64,000 nt of DNA from assembly GCF_032444005.1 (NCBI RefSeq), contig NC_091288.1, forward strand, positions 198,648,001 to 198,712,000. The letters run 5' to 3'. This stretch comes from Ranitomeya imitator. Its lineage: Eukaryota. Below, piece by piece: positions 1 through 10,615 of this stretch (position 1 is its first letter; each line of letters opens with the position of its first letter). A program made the position numbers and the translations under genes. The notes beneath the pieces are model-generated. The model searched no databases. It saw nothing but the letters and a program-made list of their open reading frames with translations, and was not told the origin of the DNA.

Positions 1-91
1 TGGGGTGAAGGTGCCGCATCTGTGGATACTCTGGTAAAGAAAAGATCAGCTGGAAAACGGCACGTAAGGAGTTAAACGGGAGAGGAAAGAC

Positions 92-568
92 GGGCAACAA
101 AATTAATAAAGGGGATGGGAGAACTACAATACCCAGATAGATTAGCGAAATTAGGATTATTTAGTCTAGAAAAAAGACGACTGAGGGGCGATCTAATAAC
201 CATGTATAAGTATATAAGGGGACAATACAAATATCTCGCTGAGGATCTGTTTATACCAAGGAAGGTGACGGGCACAAGGGGGCATTCGTTGCGTCTGGAG
301 GAGAGAAGGTTTTTCCACCAACATAGAAGAGGATTCTTTACTGTTAGGGCAGTGAGAATCTGGAATTGCTTGCCTGAGGAGGTGGTGATGGCGAACTCAG
401 TCGAGGGGTTCAAGAGAGGCCTGGATGTCTTCCTGGAGCAGAACAATATTGTATCATACAATTAGGTTCTGTAGAGGGACGTAGATCTGGGGATTTGTTG
501 TGATGGAGTGTGGGCTGAACTGGATGGACAGATGTCTTTTTTCGGCCTTACTAACTATGTTACTATGT
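92..568 (+). mobile_element. CR1 LINE 3' fragment (5'-truncated)
   Basis: ORF 115-465 equals the C-terminus of the CR1 ORF2 at 62337-63986; ends in (CTATGTTA)n-type tail TTACTAACTATGTTACTATGT. Confidence 0.93.
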
Positions 569-961
569 ACATCACTGAAGGCTGAGCGTTACCAAGGTTT
601 CTCGCTCATTGTCTGATCACAGAATCCGTTGGGGAATTTGAATTCCCCGCTCATAATCTCCGGAGGATTGTTACAGGTCACTGATAGCGACAACCATCCC
701 CCACCCCCTTACTGCGGGACCTGCTAACTACATGTAGACCTCACCGCGGAGTATCAGACACTAAGGAGGGGACATTTCCTGCGAGCTTGGCAGACGACAC
801 TCCACCTGAGGGTCTGAGACTTCATGTGGGATTGACCCATTCATCTCCTGTTATTCTGTGGATATGTGCACCAACAATGGCGGCAATGGTGTATGAACTA
901 TCAGCCTCATGCGAGGACCCCCGAGATAGGCGGCGCCGGCTCTTGTGGTGACGGTGTGGGT

Positions 962-977
962 GGCTCTTAGAAGAGCC
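962..977 (-). terminator. Histone 3' stem-loop of H2A (GGCTCTTCTAAGAGCC), HDE-like CAAGAGCC ~17 nt downstream
   Basis: Canonical 6-bp stem/4-nt loop flanked by CCAAA and ACCCA, 30 nt after the stop codon. Confidence 0.95.
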
Positions 978-1006
978 TTTGGTTTTGTAGAGATTGGCGG
1001 CAGCGC

Positions 1007-1399
1007 TCACTTGCTCTTGCTCGCCTTGCTGCTCTCGGTCTTCTTGGGCAGCAGCACGGCCTGGATGTTGGGCAGGACGCCCCCCTGGGCAATGGTCACC
1101 CCACCCAGCAGCCTGTTCAGCTCCTCGTCATTGCGCACCGCCAGCTGCAGGTGACGGGGGATGATGCGGGTCTTCTTGTTGTCCCGGGCAGCATTGCCGG
1201 CCAATTCCAGGATCTCAGCGGTCAGATACTCCAGCACAGCGGCCAGATAGACCGGAGCGCCGGCGCCGACTCTCTCAGCGTAGTTGCCCTTGCGGAGAAG
1301 CCTGTGCACACGACCGACTGGGAACTGCAGTCCTGCCCGGGATGAGCGGGTCTTGGCCTTAGCACGGACCTTTCCTCCTTGTTTGCCGCGTCCAGACAT
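1007..1399 (-). CDS. H2A: Replication-dependent histone H2A, 130 aa
   Basis: [52 protein letters not shown]...; intronless, stem-loop 3' end. Confidence 0.99.
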   Translation of the reverse strand: MSGRGKQGGKVRAKAKTRSSRAGLQFPVGRVHRLLRKGNYAERVGAGAPVYLAAVLEYLTAEILELAGNAARDNKKTRIIPRHLQLAVRNDEELNRLLGGVTIAQGGVLPNIQAVLLPKKTESSKASKSK

Positions 1400-1455
1400 G
1401 ATGCCGATAACTAATGACGGAAAATCGTGTAGAGAAGAGTCTGTGCTGTGTCGCC

Positions 1456-1600
1456 TTATATAGTCCGTTGCTCCGCCCTCCTCTCCTGTCGTTGGACGGA
1501 TCTGAAGATGAAAATGGAGAAGAGTATTGGAGATCCACCAATGAGCTACAGAGGGCGGAGCTTATTATTGCTCCTTGCTCAAATGAGTTTCTCACCCAAT
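1456..1600 (-). promoter_or_regulatory. H2A promoter: TATATAA and CCAAT boxes
   Basis: TTATATA 1456-1462 (TATATAA on minus); ATTGG 1526-1530; CCAAT 1538-1542 and 1596-1600. Confidence 0.75.
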
Positions 1601-2268
1601 AGAAAACGTTCGCTTTGGACAGAATAGATAAGGGGTGAAAACAGATATCTGTCCTGGAGCAGAAGGAAATGCAGAAATATTCTGTTGACTTGTTGTTTGC
1701 ACTTGTTGGACTTGTGTCTTCTATCAGCCATATATTGCACTGACAGTCTGGCGGGTGAGGGGTTAATTCCTGTCAGGAGGAGGCTCCTCACTCACCCGCT
1801 TATTATCCTGTGCAGATCCCCTGTGGTGTCCGCGCTTATACTATCACAGCCTGACTGAGACAAGTCTCCTATGTTCTGCCCGGAGCCTGATGTGACGCTG
1901 CCGGGTCTCGGGTGGGGGAAGTCGCCGCTTCTGTAAAGCGAGTGTGTAGTGGGGGGTCAGCACACACGGACACTGAGGAGTTAAATGGAGGCGGATATTC
2001 CTGTATCTGGGATTGGTCGGCGCCTGCGGATGTCTCTCGCTCATTGGCTGATTACAGATCCGTTGCTGGTTTTGAATTCCCCGCTCAGTTTCTGCTCTTT
2101 GTCCGTCGGGTTTATTACCGGCCCCTCTGCTGGAGCGGCGATCGCTGATAATACCGGGTCCTGTCATCCCAGCTGTCTGCCCCCAAACACCTCCGTGTCC
2201 TTGACCTGAGTGCACACCATTATCCTTGTTCATGTGATTTTTTGCTTGGTGTAGCACCGGTTTACCAG

Positions 2269-2724
2269 ATGACGTCTGACATCTTCGCATACGACGACGC
2301 AACCAGTTCCAGCATCTTATCGCAAGTTTCAAACTCAAGTGAATTCTTGAAAACCCCTCCCCATGAGTTGAGGACGAGGGACTACGAGAAGGAGCGACGA
2401 AAATTAATCTCATATGATTTACACTGCATAACTTTGGCAGAACATCATAAACAGGGCAAGATCCCGAGAGGTCTTAGGTGCAACCTGCGCCCAACACTTT
2501 TTTCTGAAGATCCCGATTACTGTGACAAATACAAGAGAATACTAAATAAATGTTCTTTAGACATCATTATTCTGACCATTGAATTTCTACAAAAGGCTAT
2601 TACGGAAACAAAGGACAGTATTAGAGCAATTGAAACACAACTATCTTCTACATTGGCATCCACAGACTCTTACTTTTCGCTGCTCCGGACAGTATTCCCT
2701 TCATCGCCTCTGGTTGCCTTGTAA
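2269..2724 (+). pseudogene. Truncated N-terminal region of a Penelope-like element ORF
   Basis: ...LHCITLAEHHKQGKIPRGLRCNLRPTLF...YKRILNKCSLDIIILTIEFL resembles, from memory, the N-terminal domain of vertebrate PLE polyproteins; no RT or GIY-YIG domain follows. Confidence 0.6.
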
Positions 2725-2855
2725 ATATTGTACATATTATATTTTATATTTTGGTGTATGTTTATTATTTTGTCTTTTTTGTTCTTATTCGTTTTCTATT
2801 ACATATAATGTTATGTCACATACAGTTACTTATACTGTTTATTTGCTTTCCTAGT

Positions 2856-2897
2856 AACCCCATGAATAAGACCCGGGAGGGTCGAAACGTCGGGTTT
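2856..2897 (+). ncRNA. Minimal type I hammerhead ribozyme-like motif with A3-U8 core variant
   Basis: CCC-AUGAAUA-A-GACCC(GGGA)GGGUC-GAA-ACGU-C-GGG: stem I CCC/GGG, perfect stem II with GNRA loop, palindromic stem III ACGU, predicted GUC cleavage after 2891. Confidence 0.7.
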
Positions 2898-3521
2898 CTA
2901 TCTACGAATTATCACAGTGGCAATTGTTGACTTGTTTTCGTGAATAAATCTGGCATATACCTTTTGCATCATACCAGTTTCGAGTGTGCGGTATTTTTTC
3001 TTCTACTATTAACTTGACCACACGGTCTGTTTTACCAGCACCTCCGTGTCCTTGACCTGAGTGCACACCATTATCCTTGTTCATGCCCCCAAACACGGGC
3101 GGGGATCGGTCGCCATTATTACTCTGGGGAGGTTATAATAACCTTCATAGGCGCCATCCATCCGAAACATTAGTGTCCGGGACGTGGTCATCACATAGGA
3201 GTCTCCGTACCCGGTACACAGGGCGTCCATCTATCCAGCTGCCTCAGACAGCCACATTCCCTGTGAATATTCGCTGCCCTATTCACCCCACACGGATCTG
3301 ATCAGGAGAATATTACTGTACAGCCCATTTCCCTGTAAATCCGTGTTCTATTTATTTTATATATCAATAAGAAGAAACCGCATTTGTGCTGTGATGGGAG
3401 TCACCAGTACTTGGGGCATCTTACAGTCAGACTTGTGATCGGATCTCTCTGCACTGCAGTGGTTTTATCTCACGTCATATTAACCCTATGAGATCTATGG
3501 CATTCGTTTTACATTATTACA

Positions 3522-4531
3522 TCTAGTGCTAGAGGATCCTATCCTGCAATTGTATTGGGATATTTCTCCCATGATTCGTTGTTCCCCTCCACATTCTCGG
3601 AACTTCTACATGTGGGCAAAACAGAATTCATTGTCTTTCCCACATCACACGCAACCCCCCAACGAACCTATCCATTACAGGAAACGGCTGCCCACTCTCC
3701 TCAGTCCAAGTTCGCTGCCTCGGGGTAATCCTTGACACTCATCTCTCCTTCAAACCTCATATCCAAGCCCTTTCCACTTCCTGCCGCCTTCAACTCAAAA
3801 TATTTCAAGGATCTGTAGATTTCTAAACCAAGAATCTGCAAAAACCCTAGTCTATGCCCTCATCATCTCCCGCCTGGACTACTGTAACCTCCTGCTCTGT
3901 GGCCTCCCCTCTAACACTCTCGCACCCCTCCTATCTATTCTAAACTCTCCTGCCCGACTAACCAACCTGTCCCCCGCTATTCCCCGGCCTCTCCCCTCTG
4001 TCAATCCCTTCACTGGCTCCCCATTACCCAGAGACTCCAGTACAAAAGCCTAACCATGACATACAAAGCCATCCACAAAATGTCTCCTTTATACATCTGT
4101 GACCTCCTCTCCCGGTACTTTCCTGCAACCTCCGATCCTCACAAGATCTCCTTCTCTACTCCCCTCTTATCTCCTCTTCCCACAATCGCATACAAGATTT
4201 CTCTTGCGCATCACCCCTACTCTGGAACCCTCTACCACAACACATCAGACTCTCACCTACCATGGAAACCTTCAAAAAGAGCCTAAAGACCCACCTCTTC
4301 CGACAAGCCTACAACCTGCAGTAACCACCACTGATCGACCAGCTCTACCTTCACCTACTGTATCCTCATCCATCCATTGTAGATTGCGAGCCCTCGTGGG
4401 CAGGGTCCTCTCTCCTCCTGTACCAGTTATGACTTGTATTGTTCAAGATCATTGTACCTGTTATTATGTATACCCCTCCTCACATGTAAAGCGCCATGGA
4501 ATAAATGGCGCTATAATAATAAATAATAATA
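3522..4531 (+). mobile_element. Degenerate L2-clade LINE 3' fragment
   Basis: From 3841 translates KTLVYALIISRLDYCNLLLCGLP (L2 ORF2 C-terminal motif); ends GTAAAGCGCC...GGCGCTATAATAATAAATAATAAT. The 5' boundary is approximate. Confidence 0.8.
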
Positions 4532-5161
4532 TTGCCCGAGAGCCGCCAGTCCTGACACTAGATGAAGCGGGGGAAGAAAAGTGATAGAACAGAAGGACGA
4601 TCAGTAACTGAGCAGGGATCCTGTGAGGAGGATGTGACGGCCGATAATGTAACTGCCTGACCTGTGAGATCCTGACACCACAGGGTAATGTTCTGAGCAG
4701 GGACACTCCGCAATCTTCTACACATGATCCTACATTTCCCATCACAGACCTCCTGCCTGCAGCCGTAGGACTGATCTGTAATGGGGAGACATGGTGGGAT
4801 CTGCTGGGAAGGGCAGAATTGGTCTTCCCTGAAATGTCTCTTGTAGGATATGTCCCTGACCAGTATATCGTCTCCACAATACGGATTGTGACGGGAAAGG
4901 GACGATCTGATCGTCTCCAGGTCAGACACACGGGAACATCACAGCATGTGGAGAACACGAATCATTCTCTATATCCATGAGAGGAAACCGGAGCGGATAC
5001 AGCGCCGCTAACCTGGAAATCTGCAGATTCCTGTGTGGGATGTAAGAGACCAATGATCGCTCAACACAAGCAGATTTCCCGATATCGGTCCTGGGACCAC
5101 GTGTTATATGAAGACAAAAGACGGAAAAAAGCGGGAACCGTAAACGTGTTACCATTGGAAA

Positions 5162-5226
5162 CATTAGCTCCTCCCTCTGCTGATTGGCTGAACACAGGAC
5201 GGTTGGGGGTTTGAATTTCCCGCCGC
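5162..5226 (-). promoter_or_regulatory. Orphan H4-type promoter cassette (GGAGGAGCT / CCAAT / TTTGAA / TTTCCCGC)
   Basis: Homologous to the H4 promoter at 39222-39290 but with no adjacent histone CDS. Confidence 0.6.
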
Positions 5227-5527
5227 TTCTAAATGTAATGACGTCACTTACACTGTAAAAAGAATCCAGATTAGGCTCTAGATCAACTCCACCACAAATG
5301 GCTCCTGTTACCTGAGAAACGAGAGTAATGAACTAATAAACGAGACCCCAGAATGCCGAGATCTGTGCAGCAAGGAGTTAAATAAGAAGTCCCTGAATAC
5401 ACATCAACTCGCTGAGCAATGCCCAGATTATTCCTGAGATTTCCTCACCATCTCCCTCGTCACCAGGCGCAGAGCCCCGGGCGGAGCGAGCAGACACCTC
5501 GGGGAGACGGGAGAGGACACCGGAGCA

Positions 5528-5591
5528 GTGTGGGTGGCTCTTATAGTGAGGGTGTAGGTGGCTCTTATAGGGAGGGTGTGGGTGGCTCTTA
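5528..5591 (-). repeat. 24-bp tandem triplication of the H2B stem-loop 3' arm plus spacer
   Basis: GTGT(G/A)GGTGGCTCTTA at 5528, 5552 and 5576 (period 24). Confidence 0.9.
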
Positions 5592-5599
5592 GAAGAGCC
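5584..5599 (-). terminator. Histone 3' stem-loop of H2B
   Basis: GGCTCTTCTAAGAGCC on minus strand, flanked by CCAAA and ACCCA. Confidence 0.95.
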
Positions 5600-5629
5600 T
5601 TTGGGGTGAGGAGCGGAGCACGGANNNNN

Positions 5630-6028
<399 letters not shown>

Positions 6029-6077
6029 TCAGCACAAGTGAGAAGAATAATGATCCTGCGCCTCCAAGAGCGGCGGA

Positions 6078-6190
6078 ATTTATAGCCCGGCCATGCAGAT
6101 GAGCACTGCTGTCAGACCGCCGTTCTATTGGGTGATGAAGTCATGTGACCAACGAGAACGTTAGACGCTCCGCCCACTGCAGCTGATTGG
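6078..6190 (-). promoter_or_regulatory. H2B promoter: TATAAAT, octamer-like ATCTGCAT, CCAAT boxes
   Basis: ATTTATA 6078-6084; ATGCAGAT 6093-6100 (one mismatch to ATGCAAAT, at the usual H2B octamer position); ATTGG at ~6127 and ~6186. Confidence 0.75.
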
Positions 6191-6820
6191 TGGTTTCCCA
6201 AATCATTGCTTCATCTTTGCAGCGGGGATGCTGTATAGCGATGTAAAACCCTGTATAATGCTCTATACATCTAAATAGTGCTGTGAAGCTCCATATACCG
6301 CAGTGCACCCTCATATAGCGCTGTATGTGTTCATGTTCTATTTACCCTTCATAGTGCTGTTATTCATCTGAATAGTGCAGAGTACCCCCATATACTGCAA
6401 CCTACTGACAAATGACTGTGCCACATTATGCAGGCAGTTACAGTACACCGCCCGACATGTTACACTCCGTATAGTGCAGTAATATCTCCAGATGGTGCTG
6501 GAAACCCCAGCTAGTCAGCTGTGCCAGGACTGCAAACCCTGTGAATTCAGTGAGATGTTTCGGTAGTAGCCGCACCCAGTTTTCTAGGAAGAGCCGGCTT
6601 CCCTCAGGAGCTGTGTCCCCTGTATAAACTGCACTTATCCCTCCTGTGTGTGATCTCAGTAACATGAAGCCGGATCAGTCACTTCAGCCACGAATCTCTG
6701 CTCTGTGGTGACCGCAGTACAGTGGAGCACGGATCGTGTATAGTGACCTCTATATACCGCCTGGTGCAGTGTGAACCATCAGTGTGATCAGCGGTGCGGC
6801 TCTTAGGAGGAGGATGTGGG

Positions 6821-6836
6821 GGCTCTTAGAAGAGCC
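6821..6836 (-). terminator. Orphan histone stem-loop with HDE-like element and no upstream CDS
   Basis: AAAGGCTCTTCTAAGAGCC, then CTAAGAGCC ~15 nt downstream; the upstream CTCCGCTCCTC matches the H2B 3' UTR. Confidence 0.85.
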
Positions 6837-7026
6837 TTTGAGTGTGTGGACAGATGTGGAGGAGCGGAGTTTACAGTCCTGGCACAGCAGACTAGCCGCT
6901 TCCTGGATCTACGAGGAAACGGCCATTATCTGTCCCAATCACTGCACAAAGTCCTCCTTCAATAAGGGCTAATTTCCAGCTATCTGCAGATTATTCCGAG
7001 GCTGAGTTCTGCGAGCGACACTCAAT

Positions 7027-7728
7027 TTGCACTGACAGTCTGGCGGGTGAGGGGTTAATCCCTGTCAGTGTTTCTCCTCCGCTCCATCTGCACAGGAGGC
7101 GGCTCCTCACTCACCCGCGTATTATCCTGTGCAGATCCCCTGTGGTGTCCGCGCTGATCCTATCACAGCCTGACTGAGACAAGTCTCCTATGTTCTGCCC
7201 GGAGCCTGATGTGACGCTGCCGGGTCTCGGGTGGGGGAAGTCGCCGCTTCTATAAAGCGAGTGAGTAGTGGGGGTCAGCACACACGGACACTAAGGAGTT
7301 AATGGGGGCGGATGTTCCTGTATCTGGGATTGGTCGGCGCCTGTGGATGCCTCTCGCTCATTGGCTGATTACAGATCCGTTGCTGGTTTTGAATTTCCCG
7401 CTCAATCGCTTTTCTTTGTCCGTCGGATTATTACCGGCCCCTCTGCTGGAGCGGCGATCGCTGTGTATACCGGTGGGAGCAGCTCTACCCCGCTGATAAT
7501 ACCGGGTCCTGTCCTCCCAACTGTCTGCCCCCAAACACGGGGATCAGTCGCCATTATTATTCTGAGGAGGTTATAATAGTCTTCAGAGGCGACATCCATC
7601 CGACACATTAGTGTCCAGGACTTGGTCATCACACAGGAGCCTCCGTACCCGGTACACAGGGCGTCCATCTATCCAGCTGCCTCTTACAGCCACATTCCCT
7701 GTACACGGATCTGATCAGGAAATTATCA
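7027..7728. repeat. Dispersed spacer module, copy B (uninterrupted)
   Basis: Homologous to 1735-2190 plus 3085-3320; its distal part is also present inverted at ~40060-40270. Confidence 0.85.
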
Positions 7729-8386
7729 CTGCGGCCCAGTGCGGATATATATCCCCCATGAATCCATGTTATCTTTGTAGGTCAATGAGAAGAAACCGCA
7801 TCACCCGAAGTCCGCGGTGAAAGACGGGGGAGCAGACACGGCCCCAGTATGTCAGGACCCGGGAGCATACAACTAGCACGTCCCAGGCTGAGGCCGGTAC
7901 TACAGGCAGCCGCACAGGGGATATTTTGCCCTGCAGAGACGCTGAGCCGGATACTAATCAATCAGCGCCCAATAAGAACAGGATCTTAAATGTCTAGACA
8001 GAATATTAACCTACATTTGGAAACCGCCCGGAACACCCCCTGATTAGAGCTGTAGAGAGATCTGCTTCCAATAAGCCTTTCCACGTCAGGATATCCTTCG
8101 GAAACTGAATGTGTGGGAATATGGTTAAAGAGACCCTACTCCCAGATCATACACACACGGAATCCGTCGGGTACAAAACAGGATTTGCAAATAGGTCTCA
8201 CAACCAAAAGCAGCGACAGAACCATCCGCCCAAAAACGGCATCAGAGGACGTTACCGAACTGCGGATCAGGGTCAGAATTACCATTCCCCACAATTATTT
8301 GGCCGATGGTAGTTTTCGACTATTCAGTATTCGGAGCGTAAATTCGGCACCGATGAGTGTTCTACTAACATTGTGTTCTACTACTA

Positions 8387-8930
8387 TCCGGGGCGGGGCT
8401 TACAGAATCATTAGCTCCTCCCTTCCTCTGCTGATTGGCTGAACACAGAACTGTTGGGAAGTTTGAATTTCCCGCCCATTGTACAGATCTGCAATTATTT
8501 TTCCAGCTTCTTTATTATATACAATTTCCTTCCCTGTAGCGGCAGGTATCCCGACTATTGTCATGACCATGCCAGATCAGAGTGGATCATACTCTCCACA
8601 ATGTATGATGCCCCCACAGTTAATCCCAATACACGGTTGAAAGCAGCAAGTGAAATTAGGAGAGATTTTTCATCATATCAACATCAGGTGATTGAATGTT
8701 AATTTATGCCATTACCTCATGTACCAATCACAACCCAGAAAGACACATTTTTATGCATTGTTTATATAAAATGTTATGCTTTAATTCAAAATTACAGGAA
8801 TGTGCCGTGTTTTTTTTTTGTTTGTTTTCTTTAATTGTTCTGATTTAATGTGAAAACTGTACTGGAAGCAAACCAAAATAGAAAAATAATCCCTACTACA
8901 TCACCCTCTATAGTGCCAAAGGCATTTGCT
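8387..8930 (-). pseudogene. Ghost H4 locus: H4 promoter and upstream flank retained, CDS deleted
   Basis: 8387-8540 aligns to 49365-49515 (H4 promoter); 8635-8930 aligns to ~50395-50710; the left flank up to 8372 equals the H4 3' flank. Confidence 0.78.
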
Positions 8931-9113
8931 TTCTTATAACCAGGACGTGCTTCTTCGAAATTGGGGCCTGAGTAGCTGTCGGATGGCCAGGAGGGCTTCT
9001 GGGTCCCAGTAGGACACTGTAGGAAAAAAACAGGTTGGATCCACTACAAATCACAGCACAAAAGGCATTTCCGCAATGAGATCTGCAGCAGAAAAGTCCC
9101 TTAAACTTCCGCA

Positions 9114-10113
9114 TCAGTAGCAATCTGCATCGTGCATTTCTTCCCCCCATAAGGTGGCTTTGACGTCCTGCAGCAGTGACCGGGGAGTCTCGTGTACATA
9201 ATCGCTGTATTTCGGCAGGGAACATTTTATGTTATCCAAATCCATCTTCTTTATGACCCCAGTGGCCCATTCTGGTGGGCGACCCTGCCGGTCCCCAGCA
9301 CCGTCCCCGCCTGCCATTTGCTTCTCTTTTATCGTGTGCTCCTGGCTGGTCTCTTCCATACTCTTCGGAGGGATCAGTGTCCCCATTGCACAGTTTGGGC
9401 TTCACAGCGAGAAGGATTTCACACGCCTTTGATGCCACTGACCGGTCACAGTCACACAGACAAGTCAATAAGGCCGGAAAAAGCCCGACTCATTCACATG
9501 TAACCAGAGCGTCGGAGATGGAACCTGAGCTTCTGCTAGATGGCAGCCCTATAGTGTAAGGGCACGTTAGGGACGGTCCCATCTCCAATGTTTGGGACAT
9601 ATAGGAATGTGCCAGATCCAATGCGTTCACCTTCACCTCCCAATCCAAGTCACTGCACGTCATCTCCAAAATCTGGGACAGCACGGTGCCCGAGTCTTGG
9701 AGTTTTTGCATGCGACCATTCCTTAGCAAGTTAGCAAGTTTACCACCGCCCTCCTGGGGAAACCTTTCATTACATGGGGCACCAGAGCCTGTAGGAAGGA
9801 CACAATTATTGATTATTAACCTTCCATAGCATATCATCCCGCACCACAGCGGAGACACTTGAGGGCACATAGAGGCGGGTTATCATCACTTGTGCCTTCT
9901 CCTTAGCTATAGCTCGAAGTATCGGCAATGCTGATGAGAATACTGGGCCCAGCGATCACTTGGCTGGATATGGAAACGTGGAGAGGAAAAACGAGGATGA
10001 TGACAGGGATTACAGCAGCACCGCACGTACAGATGGCGGTGCCTGGAAAATCTAGTACATCTGCCTCATTTTGGAGAGGTGCACTGCTGACATGAAGGAT
10101 TGATCATCTCTCC
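9114..10113 (-). pseudogene. BRAT1: BRAT1 terminal-exon fragment, copy A (frameshifted)
   Basis: Pieces SDLDWEVKVNALDLA...CPYTIGLP, LCDCDRSVASKACEILL, PRSLLQDVKATLWGEEMHDADCY* match the recalled BRAT1 C-terminus (DLDWEVR...CPY...DCDRPVA...SLLQD...ADCY); preceded by a pyrimidine tract and CAG acceptor. Confidence 0.82.
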
Positions 10114-10118
10114 CTGGA

Positions 10119-10440
10119 AGAGAGAAGGAGAGAGAGAGATAAAGACAAAGAGAGAGAGAGTGAACGAGAGAGAATGAGAAAGAAGGAGAGAGAGAGAGAG
10201 AGAAAGCAAAGGAGAAAGAAAGAGAGATAAAGACAAAGAGAAAGAAAGAGGGAGATAAGTAGAGAGAGAAGAAATAGAGATGAAGAAAGAGACAAGGAGA
10301 GAGAAAGATAGAGATAAAGTGAGAAAAAAGAGAAAGAGAAAGCAAGAGAAAGAGAGGGTGAGAGAGAAATAGAAAGGGGAAAAGGGTAAGAGTGAGAGAA
10401 AGATTTAGAGAAAGAAAAGAGAAAGAAAGAGAGGAGATAA
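10119..10440. repeat. GA-rich low-complexity tract (CT-rich intron side of BRAT1 fragment A)
   Basis: Almost exclusively A/G. Confidence 0.95.
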
Positions 10441-10615
10441 ATCTTTCTTAGAAATTGGCGCCTGAGTAGCAGTTGGATGGCCAGGAGGGCTTCTGGGTCC
10501 CAGTAGGGCACTGTAGTAAAAAAAGAAAAACACAGGTTGGATCCACTACAAATTACAGCACAAAAGGCATTTCCGCAGTGAAATCTGCAGCAGAAAAGTA
10601 CCATAAACTTCCGCA

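Larger units (their letters stand above)
2191..3084 (+). mobile_element. Penelope-like element fragment with ~45-bp terminal direct repeats and 12-13-bp target-site duplication
   Basis: Direct repeat CACCTCCGTG...CTTGTTCATG at 2188-2234 and 3039-3085; TSD (T)GCCCCCAAACAC at 2178-2190 and 3084-3096, single copy at the empty paralogous site (~7525-7537); contains a hammerhead motif and an IPRGLR...NKCSLD ORF. Confidence 0.72.
1735..3320. repeat. Dispersed ~700-bp spacer module, copy A (interrupted by Penelope-like insert)
   Basis: Homologous to 7027-7728 (TTGCACTGACAGTCTGGCGGGTGAGGGGTTAAT...CACGGATCTGATCAGGA). Confidence 0.85.

Noticed and set aside
72-461. Antisense ORFs over CR1 and histone genes (also 38379-38789, 36317-36820, 62344-62991, 63016-63459)
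   Set aside because: Shadow frames of real coding sequence.
4532-5160. Cys-containing ORFs at 4464-4958 and 4558-4929
   Set aside because: No motif I recognise; a decayed exon or TE cannot be excluded without BLAST.
6840-6930. Weak IQEAASLL resemblance to histone C-termini upstream of the orphan stem-loop
   Set aside because: Too short and degenerate to call a coding remnant.
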